NCBI GenBank assembly: GCA_041690295.1
Contig: JAWLHR010000001.1
Coordinates: 256,001-320,000 of the forward strand
Source of the DNA: Bdellovibrionales bacterium
GTDB taxonomy: Bacteria; Bdellovibrionota; Bdellovibrionia; Bdellovibrionales; UBA1609
Reading direction: 5' to 3'
Length of the DNA: 64,000 bases
Positions within the stretch are counted from its first letter, which is position 1. Each line of letters begins with the position of its first letter. The translations under genes and the position numbers were made by a program. Below are positions 26,873-37,360 of the stretch, one piece after another. The notes beneath the pieces were generated by a model. It did not search any database. It saw only the letters and a program-made list of their open reading frames with translations, and was not told where the DNA came from.

Positions 26873-29289
26873 AGACTTATTCAAGCGAGCAGATTCAAAA
26901 GGTCCACGAGGCCAGCCGGGCCTTTACCCATTACGAACGATTTGTTCCAAACCTGATCGATCCGGTCGGCTTTCATCAACAACGTCATCAAGCCTGGATG
27001 AAAGCCGCGGCCGCCACCATTCTTGAATCCGCCGCGACCGAAACTATCTGCCGCTTTTGGAGCGATACCGCCGATGAGATATTAAAGCGGGCGTGGTCAC
27101 ATTTCCAGTTGGATCAATTTCCAGCCGCTCTATTCGCTTTAGGTAAGCTCGGAGCTCAGGAACTTAATCTCAGCTCGGATATCGACCTCCTCGTGGTCTG
27201 TGAGCCTTCCGTGGCTCGCGAGGTGGAGCGAAAATTCCGGAAATTTCGCAAGTGCCTTCACCACTCCCGCGACTTGGGCCTTTGTTTCCGTCTGGATTTT
27301 GATCTGCGCCCCGGCGGGCGCATGGGCCCCCTTCTCACTTCGCCGGATCAGTTCGAGGATTATTATTGGAGCCAAGGAGAAACCTGGGAACGGCTGGCGT
27401 TGATCCGGTTGCGCGCCATTTGCGGAGACCAGGAACTGATTCGACGAATCGAAGATTTGGCGCGCCGATTTTCTTTTCGTAAGTATCTGGATTTTACTCT
27501 GCTCGAGGATTTGAAGTCGCTTCGATCGCAAGTGCATCAATTCGGATTCCAAAGGCAGAACAATCAGATTCACATCAAATTGGAAGTGGGTGGCATTCGC
27601 GATATCGAACTTTTTGTTCATTCCCTGCAAATCCTCAATGGCGGAAAATTGGCGGAACTACGAATCCATTCAACCGGGCTTGCGATCGAGCGGCTCCGCG
27701 ATGCCGGTCTTATGGAACGGGCGGACGCCGATCGCCTGCTTGAGTCTTATTGGTGGTTTCGCCACATCGAAAATCGAGTGCAGGCCCAAGACGACCGGCA
27801 GACCCATTTTGTCGGAATCAATGAATATCCGGATTTAACCGCTCGGATGAATGAAGTGAATCGCATCGTCACCGATCTTTTGGGCGAGCCGGTCCCCGCG
27901 TCGCCGCGACTGCCGGCCGACCAGGCGGCTCAAAAGAAATGGCTGAAAAAGCTGGGCTACAGCCAGGAATCGATCCAGGAAACCTGGCCCCGGCTGATCA
28001 GCGCCACCGTGCTCTCCCACAAGAACGATCGCGACGAACGCGCCCGCCAGGAGCTGCTCTATGTCTTCGTGGAGGAACTGGCCAAACAAGCCCGGTTCGA
28101 TCAGGATCTCGGGCTCAAAGTGCTCGAAGATTTCGTGCGCTCCACTCGGGCCAAGGCGACCTTTTTCACCATGTTGCTGCGAACGCCGGGATTGATTCAG
28201 GATTTGGCGCGTTTGTTCTCGCTCTCTCCATACCTCAGCACCATTCTCGTGGCCCGACCGGAGCTTCTCGATCATTTTATCTTGCGGACCGATGATCCCT
28301 GGTCCACCGAGATGGAAACGCTTCTCCAGCAGATGAATGATCGTAAACTCCTTAATGAAATCTGGTCGGCCAACCGATTCGTCGCGGATCACGACTTGAA
28401 TGGGTTGTTCGATCGATCGACGGAAACCGCCGATGAAATTTGCCGGCAACTGCTCTTGCAACTGAAAACCGAGTTTCCCGCGTCATCGTTGGAAATCATC
28501 GCGCTTGGCAAATGGGGCGGACGCGAGTTGGGTTTGCGATCCGATTTGGATTTTATTTTCGTTTGTCCCAAGTCCCCCGTCGAGGATGACTTTAAAGTCG
28601 CCAGGCGTTTCGTATCCCGTTTGACCGATCCGCAAAAGTTTGGCCATTTGTTTGAGGTCGACTTGCGGCTTCGTCCATCGGGACACGGGGCGCTTTTGAT
28701 CGGCCTTGAGAATTTGCATTCTTTTTGGCGGGATCAGGCCCAAGCTTGGGAGCGCCAGGCGTATTTGCGTTCGCGACCGCTGGACCCCGCGATTCATTTG
28801 GACAAATCCCTTTTATTTGAGCGGCCGATCACCGAACGGGACCGGGAAGAGCTGAAAACCATCCGCGAAAAACTTCTCAAACGAAACGCCAATGATGTGA
28901 TCGACCTAAAATACGCGCCCGGCGGCCTTCTGGATATTGAATTCGTCTGCCAAATCGCGTTCCTTGATTTAGGCGCCAGCCTGGCGAGGGACGATTTCGC
29001 CAACACGGATGTCATGATCTCACGACTGGAACAGCTCGATCAAAACTGGCGAAGCACGGGCGCTAGGTTAAGAGACCTTTACCAACGGCAGCGACTGTTC
29101 GAGCAAATGTTGCAACTCGCGGCCGAGCGCAAGCAAAACACGATGCAAAAGGGAAAACCCGTCTTTGAACGAACGGCGCGTTTACTGTCCATGGATCCGG
29201 ATGACGCCTGGCTGGAAATTCAAAACCTGCAAAGCCAGTCGTGTCGATTGCTCAATTCACTGGATCCCACCGGGTTTCACCGGAGTTAA
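26851..29289 (+). CDS. glnE: Glutamine synthetase adenylyltransferase GlnE-like
   Basis: Two nucleotidyltransferase domains (LGKLGAQELNLSSDIDL...DLRPGG; LGKWGGRELGLRSDLDF...DLRLRPSG); start approximate. Confidence 0.88.
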   Translation: MVTLPGLETYSSEQIQKVHEASRAFTHYERFVPNLIDPVGFHQQRHQAWMKAAAATILESAATETICRFWSDTADEILKRAWSHFQLDQFPAALFALGKLGAQELNLSSDIDLLVVCEPSVAREVERKFRKFRKCLHHSRDLGLCFRLDFDLRPGGRMGPLLTSPDQFEDYYWSQGETWERLALIRLRAICGDQELIRRIEDLARRFSFRKYLDFTLLEDLKSLRSQVHQFGFQRQNNQIHIKLEVGGIRDIELFVHSLQILNGGKLAELRIHSTGLAIERLRDAGLMERADADRLLESYWWFRHIENRVQAQDDRQTHFVGINEYPDLTARMNEVNRIVTDLLGEPVPASPRLPADQAAQKKWLKKLGYSQESIQETWPRLISATVLSHKNDRDERARQELLYVFVEELAKQARFDQDLGLKVLEDFVRSTRAKATFFTMLLRTPGLIQDLARLFSLSPYLSTILVARPELLDHFILRTDDPWSTEMETLLQQMNDRKLLNEIWSANRFVADHDLNGLFDRSTETADEICRQLLLQLKTEFPASSLEIIALGKWGGRELGLRSDLDFIFVCPKSPVEDDFKVARRFVSRLTDPQKFGHLFEVDLRLRPSGHGALLIGLENLHSFWRDQAQAWERQAYLRSRPLDPAIHLDKSLLFERPITERDREELKTIREKLLKRNANDVIDLKYAPGGLLDIEFVCQIAFLDLGASLARDDFANTDVMISRLEQLDQNWRSTGARLRDLYQRQRLFEQMLQLAAERKQNTMQKGKPVFERTARLLSMDPDDAWLEIQNLQSQSCRLLNSLDPTGFHRS

Positions 29290-30021
29290 TTAAAGTTCGA
29301 TGTCTTGATGAAGCAAGACGATTTCGATTCGGGAGTTCAGCGGCATCCGCTCACCCTGATAAACCGGACGACTGTCGCCGAACGAGGCCGCCACCAACTG
29401 ATTGGGCCGTAATTTCTGCTTGGTTTGGACATAACGAAGAAGATTAATCGCGCGAGCGGATGCGAAGTCCCAGGTCGAGCGGGTGTTGCCTTTTTCATCC
29501 GGGGCGGCATGCCCTTCAATGAGAACCCGGCGCTTCAAGAGCGGCAAAATCTCGCTCAATTGATCCAAAAACTTGACCGCATCGGGCCTGAATTTCTCGT
29601 TTCCGGCCGCGAAGAGCGCCGACGAATTCAGAGTGATTCTCACGCCCCATTGGTCGGCACCCAAATCGGAAATATACTTTTTGCGTTGTTCGGGTGTGAA
29701 TTTTTCCTCGATGAAACGTTCGGCTCGATCCAGAGTTTCCGCGAGCTCCGGTTTGCTGGGCCGAAAGGTCGGAATCGGTGGTTCTATGAGCTGGTTGTTC
29801 TTTTCGCCCTGATTGATCTGCTGACCGGATTCACCAAACGACCCCGCTTTGATCAGGTACCGTTTGATCGATTCCTGAAACTCCTTGGCCTTCTCAAGAT
29901 CCTTTTCCGACGTGGCGTAAAGAACGGCGAAGAACGCGAACATCAAAGTGATAAAATCCGCGTACGAGACAAGCCAACGCTCATGGTTGGCTTCATGCTC
30001 TTCTTTCGTTTCCCGCTTCAT
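29290..30021 (-). CDS. motB: Flagellar stator MotB
   Basis: WLVSYADFITLMFAFF and OmpA-like C-domain (SARA, FGDSRP). Confidence 0.92.
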   Translation of the reverse strand: MKRETKEEHEANHERWLVSYADFITLMFAFFAVLYATSEKDLEKAKEFQESIKRYLIKAGSFGESGQQINQGEKNNQLIEPPIPTFRPSKPELAETLDRAERFIEEKFTPEQRKKYISDLGADQWGVRITLNSSALFAAGNEKFRPDAVKFLDQLSEILPLLKRRVLIEGHAAPDEKGNTRSTWDFASARAINLLRYVQTKQKLRPNQLVAASFGDSRPVYQGERMPLNSRIEIVLLHQDIEL

Positions 30022-30776
30022 GAGGCCGAAACATCCAGTGTGAACGGACGCATTTTCTGTTCAATCAAATAAGGATTCAATCCGCTGACCACGGCCAGCG
30101 CGCCTTCTAAAATCATCTGTTCGGTTTCCGAACGGAATTTGATCAGGGCTTTCAGTTTGTTAGCGATGGGAATAAAGACCAAGTTAGCTGAACCCACACC
30201 GTAAACCGTCGCCACGAAGGCCACCGCGATACCATGTCCAAGCAAAGCGGTATCGGTTATATTGGCCATGACGCTGATCAATCCCAAAACAGCGCCGATA
30301 ATGCCGATGGTGGGCGCGAAGCCTCCGGCATCCATCCAAACTTTCGCGGCGGCCAGCTTACGCCGTTCGTTCAATGAGATCTCTTCTTCAAAGATCTTAC
30401 GTAAAACTTCCGGCTCCACGCCGTCGATGGCGAAGCGGTACACCGTGCGCATGAAGGGGTCGTGCATTTTAGAGAGGTTTTTTTCCAGGGCCAGAATGGT
30501 TTCGCGGCGAGCGGTCTGGGCCGATTGAATAATTTCAGCGGCGATGCGATTCCGTTCTTCCACTTCGTTGCTGCGAAAGACCTGACCCAGATATTCCAAC
30601 GCGAGTTTTAGATCTTCACTGCGATTGGAAACCACAGTGGCGCCGATGGTCCCGCCGAAAACAATGAAAGCCGCGGTCAATTGCAGAAGTGAACCGATAC
30701 TGCCGCCTTCGAGGAGATTTCCGACGATGATTCCGCCGATGCCTACAATAAGCCCGATAATCGTCGTCATCTGCAT
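30018..30776 (-). CDS. motA: Flagellar stator MotA
   Basis: IVFGGTIGA, APTIGIIGAVLGLI, AFVATVYG. Confidence 0.93.
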   Translation of the reverse strand: MQMTTIIGLIVGIGGIIVGNLLEGGSIGSLLQLTAAFIVFGGTIGATVVSNRSEDLKLALEYLGQVFRSNEVEERNRIAAEIIQSAQTARRETILALEKNLSKMHDPFMRTVYRFAIDGVEPEVLRKIFEEEISLNERRKLAAAKVWMDAGGFAPTIGIIGAVLGLISVMANITDTALLGHGIAVAFVATVYGVGSANLVFIPIANKLKALIKFRSETEQMILEGALAVVSGLNPYLIEQKMRPFTLDVSAS

Positions 30777-30794
30777 GTAACTCTCTCCCCAGCC

Positions 30795-31244
30795 TTAGAA
30801 ATGGCTAAGATTCTTCTCTCGCGCGAAATTCAAATCATTGGTGGTCACTCTCAACCGGCCACAAAGGAATTGAGAAAGCTCCCGATAGAATTTAAGAGCC
30901 GCGCCCTGGTTCTTTTCCAAAAACAAACGCAGCTTTTCATAGGGAATCTCGATCAGTTCACTGGCTTCGACCGCCTCGGCGGTCGCCGAACGGGGCTGAC
31001 CATCGACAAATGACATTTCACCGAAATGACTTCCCGTCCCCAATTTGGCCACGACGATCGCATTCTGCTGTATATTCACGGAACCAAATTTGATCAGATA
31101 AAGAGCGGTGGCCGGTTCACCTTTGATGAAAATCGTGTCTCCACGATTGTATTGCTTTACAGTTCCCGTTTCGCCGATGGCGTCGAGTTCAGAACCTTCA
31201 AAGGTTTTGAAAAGATAGACGTTCTGCAGCAGCGTGCGGCTCAT
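30795..31244 (-). CDS. Stand-alone cyclic-nucleotide-binding protein
   Basis: GSHFGEMSFVDGQPRSATAEA; no HTH domain. Confidence 0.88.
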   Translation of the reverse strand: MSRTLLQNVYLFKTFEGSELDAIGETGTVKQYNRGDTIFIKGEPATALYLIKFGSVNIQQNAIVVAKLGTGSHFGEMSFVDGQPRSATAEAVEASELIEIPYEKLRLFLEKNQGAALKFYRELSQFLCGRLRVTTNDLNFAREKNLSHF

Positions 31245-31331
31245 GTTGTCCCCTAAGGTGAGTATCCCAAATCAAAGGTTATCATCAGTTCCAGGATGAA
31301 TCCAACCGGCTTTCGGTGTAGGAAAGTACCA

Positions 31332-32312
31332 ATGTCGACATTGGTAACGGGCGCGACTGGCTTTGTGGGATCCTGGCTTGTCCGACGATTGGTTGAATCG
31401 GGCGAACGAGTCTGTGTGCTTCACCGGTCCACATCCTCTTTAGACGAGTTAGCCGGACTTTCGTACGAGTCGCGAATCGGCGACATCACGGATCCCGAAT
31501 CCATTGAAAACGCGCTGAAAGGAATAAATACGGTTTACCACCTGGCCGGCCTGGTGGGATACACACGCGCTTTGCGTGGAGCCATGGAGAAAGTGAATGT
31601 CGAGGGAACCCGCAACGTCGTTAACGCCGTCAAAAAATCCGACGCCAAACTGGTGTACATGAGTTCGGTCGTGGCCATCGGCGCGAGTTTTGACGGCACA
31701 CCACTTAACGAAGATAGCCCTTACAATGTCGCCCACCTCGACCTTGGTTATTTTGAGACCAAGAGGCGGGCCGAAGAAATCGTGAAAGAGGCGTGCGATC
31801 GCGGGGAAATTCAGGCGGTGATCCTGAATCCCTCGACCATCTATGGTCCAGGCGACGCCAAGAAGGGAAGCCGCAAAACCCAGATCAAAGTGGCCCGAGG
31901 GCAACTCCCGTTTTACACTTCCGGAGGAGTTAGCGTGGTTTCCGTGCACGATGTGGTCGACGCTGTTATCAAGGCTCACGACCTAGGTCGAAACGGAGAG
32001 CGTTACATCTTGTGCGGAGAAAACATCACCATTCACGATTTATTTGTTCGCATCGCCCGCCAAGCCGGCGTTGCACCGCCACGAATTTATCTGCCCAATT
32101 TTTTGGTACACGCTTTGGGCAAAATCGGTGATGGGATGGAAAAATTCGGCCGAAAAGGACCCTTGAACGGTGAGAACGCCTGGACGGCTGTTTTGTATCA
32201 TTGGTTTGATCATTCCAAGGCCACCCGCGAACTCGACTTTCGGCCGAGGTCGGCCAATGAAGCGATCGCTGAAAGCGTAGAATGGATGAGAGAACACGGT
32301 TACCTGAAATGA
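31332..32312 (+). CDS. NAD-dependent epimerase/dehydratase (extended SDR)
   Basis: TGATGFVG, YHLAG, YFETK, NPSTIYGPGD. Confidence 0.88.
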   Translation: MSTLVTGATGFVGSWLVRRLVESGERVCVLHRSTSSLDELAGLSYESRIGDITDPESIENALKGINTVYHLAGLVGYTRALRGAMEKVNVEGTRNVVNAVKKSDAKLVYMSSVVAIGASFDGTPLNEDSPYNVAHLDLGYFETKRRAEEIVKEACDRGEIQAVILNPSTIYGPGDAKKGSRKTQIKVARGQLPFYTSGGVSVVSVHDVVDAVIKAHDLGRNGERYILCGENITIHDLFVRIARQAGVAPPRIYLPNFLVHALGKIGDGMEKFGRKGPLNGENAWTAVLYHWFDHSKATRELDFRPRSANEAIAESVEWMREHGYLK

Positions 32313-33250
32313 AGACGGAAAAACGGCCTTCCTTGATCGGCAGCTTCTTCAAAATGATTATCAGCGGCTTCGTTCTATTGGCGGTCGCGGTTCTCGCGCT
32401 GGTCCTCACCATTCCCGATGTCACTCAATTGGAACGTTGCTTTACCACATCCATGTTCCAGGTTGAGCTTTGTCCGAATTCTCCAAACTACGTCAAACTG
32501 GAAGATATCTCTTCCTATATGATTCACGCCTTGATCGTGGCGGAAGACGGCTCGTTCTATCAGCATAAAGGTTTTGACTGGCACGAAATCCAAGAAAGCT
32601 TCGAAGCCAATTTGCGCGCCGGAACCGCCCGCCGGGGCGGCTCAACGTTAACCCAACAATTGGCTAAAAACGCCTTTTTATCAGCGGAAAAAAGTTTGTG
32701 GCGTAAAGCCAAAGAAGCTTACCTCGCTTACGCCATCGAGTCCCGATATAAGAAGGATTTCATTTTGGAAAAGTATCTGAACGTGGTGGAGTTTGGTCCG
32801 AATCTCTACGGAATCAAAGCGGCGGCTCGCCACTATTTTCAAAAGAGCCCCGCTGATCTTCATCCTTTGGATGCCGCTTATCTCGCGCACCTTTTACCGA
32901 ATCCAAAGGTTTACTCACAGGGATTCCGTCGAGGCGCCCTGACTCCCTTTTCCAAACGCATGATCTCAACCATTCTCAAGCGAATGAACGCTTATGGGAA
33001 ACTGAGCGAGCCGACCTATGAGCGCGCCTTGGCTTTGATGGACGAATTTCCCTGGCGAACGGTTTCAATGTCGACGTTTTCGGATGCGCCCTCCTGGAGT
33101 CTCGATATGGACGTGCCGATGCCCAACACCGCCGACCTAGAATACGACGACACCACGGTGGAGCATTCCATTGACGCGACAGCAGAAGATCCCACTCCTC
33201 AGGAGTTGGAGCGTGAGGTTAACTCCGCTCTAGGCGGGGATTTCGAATAA
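32309..33250 (+). CDS. mtgA: Monofunctional peptidoglycan transglycosylase (GT51)
   Basis: AEDGSFYQHKG, GGSTLTQQLAKN, RKAKE, YLNVVEFG. Confidence 0.9.
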   Translation: MKTEKRPSLIGSFFKMIISGFVLLAVAVLALVLTIPDVTQLERCFTTSMFQVELCPNSPNYVKLEDISSYMIHALIVAEDGSFYQHKGFDWHEIQESFEANLRAGTARRGGSTLTQQLAKNAFLSAEKSLWRKAKEAYLAYAIESRYKKDFILEKYLNVVEFGPNLYGIKAAARHYFQKSPADLHPLDAAYLAHLLPNPKVYSQGFRRGALTPFSKRMISTILKRMNAYGKLSEPTYERALALMDEFPWRTVSMSTFSDAPSWSLDMDVPMPNTADLEYDDTTVEHSIDATAEDPTPQELEREVNSALGGDFE

Positions 33251-33739
33251 TCAGGTGCGAATTTTCAGAAAGTGGAAAAACTTCGACGGCAAAACATCGA
33301 TTTCCATCGGTTCGCCTGAATCACCTTTGACGTCAGGAATTTTCAGGTAGGATTCGCCGGGCTTGCAACTGTACTCAATGCCTTCGCGAAACAAGACCGT
33401 TTTTTCAGTTCCCGTCTCGGAATTAAAAAACGGCACGTAGAAGCTGGTGATTTGCGCGCGACTCGGAAGAAACCCTTCGACCATATTCACCTGATCGATA
33501 AAAAACTTGGGACAATGGGAGAATTCGATGGTCTCGTTCTCCAGGGTTCGGATCCACTTTTGGAACTCGCGAACGCCCACGGAATTGATGGTGCTCAGTT
33601 CTTCCAAGTCGATTTCCACGGGTTTGCTTTTCTTGACTCGAACCGGATCCAGATCCGCCACTTCCGTCAAGGGTCCGATAAAACGGATAAGTAATCTTTC
33701 TTTTTCGGTGATTAAGGTGCGAAACGTCGATGCGGTCAT
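33251..33739 (-). CDS. STAS-like domain protein
   Basis: IDLEELSTINSVGVREF resembles the STAS phospho-Ser motif. Confidence 0.6.
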   Translation of the reverse strand: MTASTFRTLITEKERLLIRFIGPLTEVADLDPVRVKKSKPVEIDLEELSTINSVGVREFQKWIRTLENETIEFSHCPKFFIDQVNMVEGFLPSRAQITSFYVPFFNSETGTEKTVLFREGIEYSCKPGESYLKIPDVKGDSGEPMEIDVLPSKFFHFLKIRT

Positions 33740-33765
33740 ACCAATATCTAATATCTAAAGCATAA

Positions 33766-34962
33766 TCAGAGGCAATTTTCGAGCGCAATCGACCCCGACG
33801 TTAGGGTGTAATACGAGCCCGGCGGGCAACCCATCTGACGGTGGTGAGCACACGTTTGCCGCGGCACCGATTTGCAGTGGGTCTGCATGGAATAGCTCAC
33901 GATGGCTTCTAGATTTGAAGATATATTCTGCACAACTTGGTTTTCAGCGTATTTGAAGCAGGGAAATTGCATCTTATTGGCATTGCAGGCGGCTTGGGCC
34001 TGCATGTCCGCGGCCGCGGCACTGGTGGTCACCGCATAGCCACCTCGACCATCGGCCGTGATATAAATCGCGCCAAAACGATTATTCTGAATCACATTTG
34101 GTAAATAATCATTAGTCATTTGCGCTGTAAAAACCTGATCGCGCATTCCCGGAATGTTATTGCCCATGGAAAGTCGCAAATACTCGATCACCGGAACGCG
34201 ATTCATTTGTTTCGGTTTAAAAACCACCTCATCATTTGTGGCGAACAAGGTGCACGGACTGAACGCCGCCATCATTTCACAACGCTCCATGGCCACACGG
34301 GCCGCCTCTTGCGCCGAGAGAATGGGAAATTGCGGCGTATTGGCCACCCAGGAATAGGCTCCGTCCAAGCTGACGGCCAACGCCTTGGGCGATGAAGCGC
34401 TCATGTACTCATTCGCCAATTGACTGCGGACACCAATGGGCACGAACGGGATTTGCGTCACATTGGTCGGATCCTGAAGCGTGAACGTGTAGGTGTTCGC
34501 CATGGTCGACCGACTGACATTGAAGTTCTCACCCAAAGCGAGCAAGGTGCATGGCTGCCCGCCGGAGATGACATAGCAGGCTTCCAAAGCGGATTGGTTG
34601 GCGTCATTTTGCTGACCTATGGCCTTGCGGGTGACAAATCCAAGTCCACTTGCCGTCACCGCGATCGCTTTAGCCCCGATGTGGTTGGAGTAATTGAAAA
34701 CCTCCACCATTGTTTGCACCATTTGCGACTTATTTGGAACGAAGTCATAGTTGAAAAGTTCCCCGCGCTTGAAATTTTCGGTGCCGACCGGCCCTTTGAT
34801 CACCGGGTCAAACGGCGCCGTATGCGAGGAACCGTCGCTTGGCTCCAATGGTTTACCCGAGGGAACGTCTCCCCCGCAGTTTTGAAAGACGATAATAGCC
34901 CCGACGACCGCGGCGGCTAACAATATAGTGCGCACTGTATGAATTGTATCGGATCGCGACAA
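33766..34962 (-). CDS. FQNC lipoprotein with three DUF4189-like Cys-paired repeats
   Basis: IVFQNC lipobox; three AIA...G...A..C......C repeats. Confidence 0.7.
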   Translation of the reverse strand: MSRSDTIHTVRTILLAAAVVGAIIVFQNCGGDVPSGKPLEPSDGSSHTAPFDPVIKGPVGTENFKRGELFNYDFVPNKSQMVQTMVEVFNYSNHIGAKAIAVTASGLGFVTRKAIGQQNDANQSALEACYVISGGQPCTLLALGENFNVSRSTMANTYTFTLQDPTNVTQIPFVPIGVRSQLANEYMSASSPKALAVSLDGAYSWVANTPQFPILSAQEAARVAMERCEMMAAFSPCTLFATNDEVVFKPKQMNRVPVIEYLRLSMGNNIPGMRDQVFTAQMTNDYLPNVIQNNRFGAIYITADGRGGYAVTTSAAAADMQAQAACNANKMQFPCFKYAENQVVQNISSNLEAIVSYSMQTHCKSVPRQTCAHHRQMGCPPGSYYTLTSGSIALENCL

Positions 34963-34976
34963 CCTGGACTTGAGAC

Positions 34977-35999
34977 TTAACCGTGGCCGCCCATTAAAAA
35001 GGGCTCGTGACTTGTATCAATTTGAGACGCCGGATCCAGGTTTTTGAAGTAATCCGCGATCGCGGCCATGGTGCTCGCCCGGTCGGCGGACTGGAAAAGG
35101 GTCTTACGAAACTGACTGGAACCGGGAAATCCCGCAGAGTACCAGGCGGCGAATTTACGCATTTGAATCAACACGATTCGTTCGGGGTAAAACGCTTCCA
35201 GGTGCTCGCGAAGCCGGTCCATGATGGTGACGATCTCGCCTTTGCACGGCTTGGAATCTTGATTTCGAATCGCCAGCGCCTGCGCGAAAATCCAAGGATT
35301 CTTCAGACAACCCCGACCAATCATAACGCCGTCGCAACCGCTTTCGTTCAATCTTTCAACCGCTTGCTCGGCATGATGAATATCGCCATTTCCCAGGATG
35401 GGAACGGGACTGGATTGTTTCACTTCCCGGATGTAATCCCAATCCGCCGCCCCGGAATACCCGGCCGCGCGCGTGCGACCATGAATGGCCACCCAGGTGA
35501 CGCCCTCATCATAGGCCAGTCGCGCCACCTCTGGAGTGTTTCGCGTGGATTGATCCCAACCCGTCCGCACTTTGATCGTCACCGGAATCTTGACCGCAGT
35601 TCTCACCGCTCGAATCACTTCGCGCATGCGGTTTAAATCTTTGAGACACGCGGAACCCGCGCCCTTGTTCACCACCTTGGGAACCGGGCAACCAAAGTTG
35701 ATATCGACAAAATCGGCGCCCGCCTGCTCGACCGCCTGCGCGGCGTAGCGGAGATGCTCCAAATTTTCCCCAAACAGCTGAATTCCTACCGGATGCTGAG
35801 AGGAATCAAACTCCATTAGTTTTCTGGTTTTCTCCGAAGAAAAACGTAATCCCGTGGCGCTCACCAATTCACTGATGACGATTCCGCAACCCAGCTCACG
35901 CATGAAGGAACGAAACGGCCGATCGGTAATTCCAGCCATGGGGGCTAAGACGAAAGGATTTTTCCTGAGGTGCATCAGCAATGGATTTTCGGCCGTCAT
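34977..35999 (-). CDS. dusB: tRNA dihydrouridine synthase
   Basis: LAPMAGITD, DINFGCP, GAGSACL, IHGRT, GNGDI, MIGRG. Confidence 0.92.
   Translation of the reverse strand: MTAENPLLMHLRKNPFVLAPMAGITDRPFRSFMRELGCGIVISELVSATGLRFSSEKTRKLMEFDSSQHPVGIQLFGENLEHLRYAAQAVEQAGADFVDINFGCPVPKVVNKGAGSACLKDLNRMREVIRAVRTAVKIPVTIKVRTGWDQSTRNTPEVARLAYDEGVTWVAIHGRTRAAGYSGAADWDYIREVKQSSPVPILGNGDIHHAEQAVERLNESGCDGVMIGRGCLKNPWIFAQALAIRNQDSKPCKGEIVTIMDRLREHLEAFYPERIVLIQMRKFAAWYSAGFPGSSQFRKTLFQSADRASTMAAIADYFKNLDPASQIDTSHEPFLMGGHG
35013..35028. promoter_or_regulatory. TGTCTCA-N3-TGAGAC-like palindrome, copy 3 (in dusB 3' end)
   Basis: TGTATCA ATT TGAGAC, about 51 nt upstream of the 34962 start. Confidence 0.45.
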
Positions 36000-36085
36000 T
36001 GCCTGGCAATTTAAGCAAAGCGGACCACCGTGTCATCGTGGAAAATTTTTCAATCTCATGGTACCGATTCTAGATGGGGAAAACC

Positions 36086-37360
36086 ATGGACCGGTTGCCT
36101 TTACTGCTTATCGCGATCTTCGTCATGGAAGGCGCTATGGCGAAACCTTCCTGCTCCGACACGCCCGCAAGCCCCCGCTATGTTCGCGAATTGAATATCA
36201 AGACAAGTTCATTTGGTGACACCAAGATCTGCGACCTCGTTCACAGTCTGCAGCTCATCGAAGACGGCGAATTCATCGATTCGGAATCGAGTCCATTCGT
36301 ACGCGATTTCGTGGATGGCGAACTTTATTACGTTTGGTTGCGAGAGCATATCCGCAGCCTCGAAAGCGGTAACGATTTGCCCGAAACCACGGCTTCCAAC
36401 TCCGCGGGACACATCACTTTACAAAAGCATTGGCATCGTCTTTCTTCCCTCGCGCGGGCGGGAAGCCTGATCCATGAGGCTCGCCACACGGAAGGTCATT
36501 CCCACACCACTTGTGAATCCGGACCTTATAAGGACTCCCCAATTCTGGGCTGTGACGAAAATTTCGACCAAGGCGGCGCGCATGCGGTTGAAACCGAGTA
36601 CTACGCCCGTGTGGCGGAACAAGGGCGCAATTTCCATCCCGCCTTCAAGGCCATGGCCAAACTCATGCTTCGCCAGCGCTCACAAACCGTCTTCAATCAA
36701 GACCCGTTGGCGGAGCGAGAGCAGTTGCTGGTCAGGACCACGGAAGGCTGGATGCGAGTCGATACCAACGGTAAAGAAGTTTTATCCTGGGATTTTACCG
36801 ACTCCGCGTCGTTACAACTTAAGACCACTTCACTCGGTCCCGCCTTGTTTGATTTGCCGCTCGGCGCTTGGTTGATTCGGCTTCAACCTTTCGCCGTTCC
36901 ACTCGACGGAAACAGTTTTTTCAAACGCCTCAATCTCGCTCCACCCTCGGGTATGGTCGACGCGGAAGAATTTGAAACCGGATTGCGCCGCTACTTGTAC
37001 GCCGCTGACGATCAGAATCATCTCTTCGCCTACAATTTCGGCCAAAGCACGTGGACATCGGGCGGCCACCATCACGGTCTCAAGCGGTTGGTGACGATCA
37101 ATCCACTCGGTCAGACGGGTCTATTCATCGTCTTTGATAACGACACCTACTGTCCCATCAGAGCATCTGATCTCACGTGCGATCGATCGCCGTCCTCATG
37201 GCCGACGGGAAGCAAGCGGTTCGTGCATTATCAAAATTCGTTATTGCGGTTAGATGAAAACGGCAAAGTCTACGACTCTCAAGGCCGTATCTGGAATGAT
37301 CTGGCGAACGAAACCGTCCTCGATCTCATTGTCATTCCTAACTACGAGGTCCAGGAATAA
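36086..37360 (+). CDS. Secreted protein with HExxH motif and beta-rich C-terminus
   Basis: Signal peptide ending AMA; LIHEARHTEGHSH. Confidence 0.65.
   Translation: MDRLPLLLIAIFVMEGAMAKPSCSDTPASPRYVRELNIKTSSFGDTKICDLVHSLQLIEDGEFIDSESSPFVRDFVDGELYYVWLREHIRSLESGNDLPETTASNSAGHITLQKHWHRLSSLARAGSLIHEARHTEGHSHTTCESGPYKDSPILGCDENFDQGGAHAVETEYYARVAEQGRNFHPAFKAMAKLMLRQRSQTVFNQDPLAEREQLLVRTTEGWMRVDTNGKEVLSWDFTDSASLQLKTTSLGPALFDLPLGAWLIRLQPFAVPLDGNSFFKRLNLAPPSGMVDAEEFETGLRRYLYAADDQNHLFAYNFGQSTWTSGGHHHGLKRLVTINPLGQTGLFIVFDNDTYCPIRASDLTCDRSPSSWPTGSKRFVHYQNSLLRLDENGKVYDSQGRIWNDLANETVLDLIVIPNYEVQE

Noticed and set aside
31332..32312. hpnA hopanoid cluster
   Set aside because: No other hpn or shc genes are adjacent, so it is a generic extended SDR.
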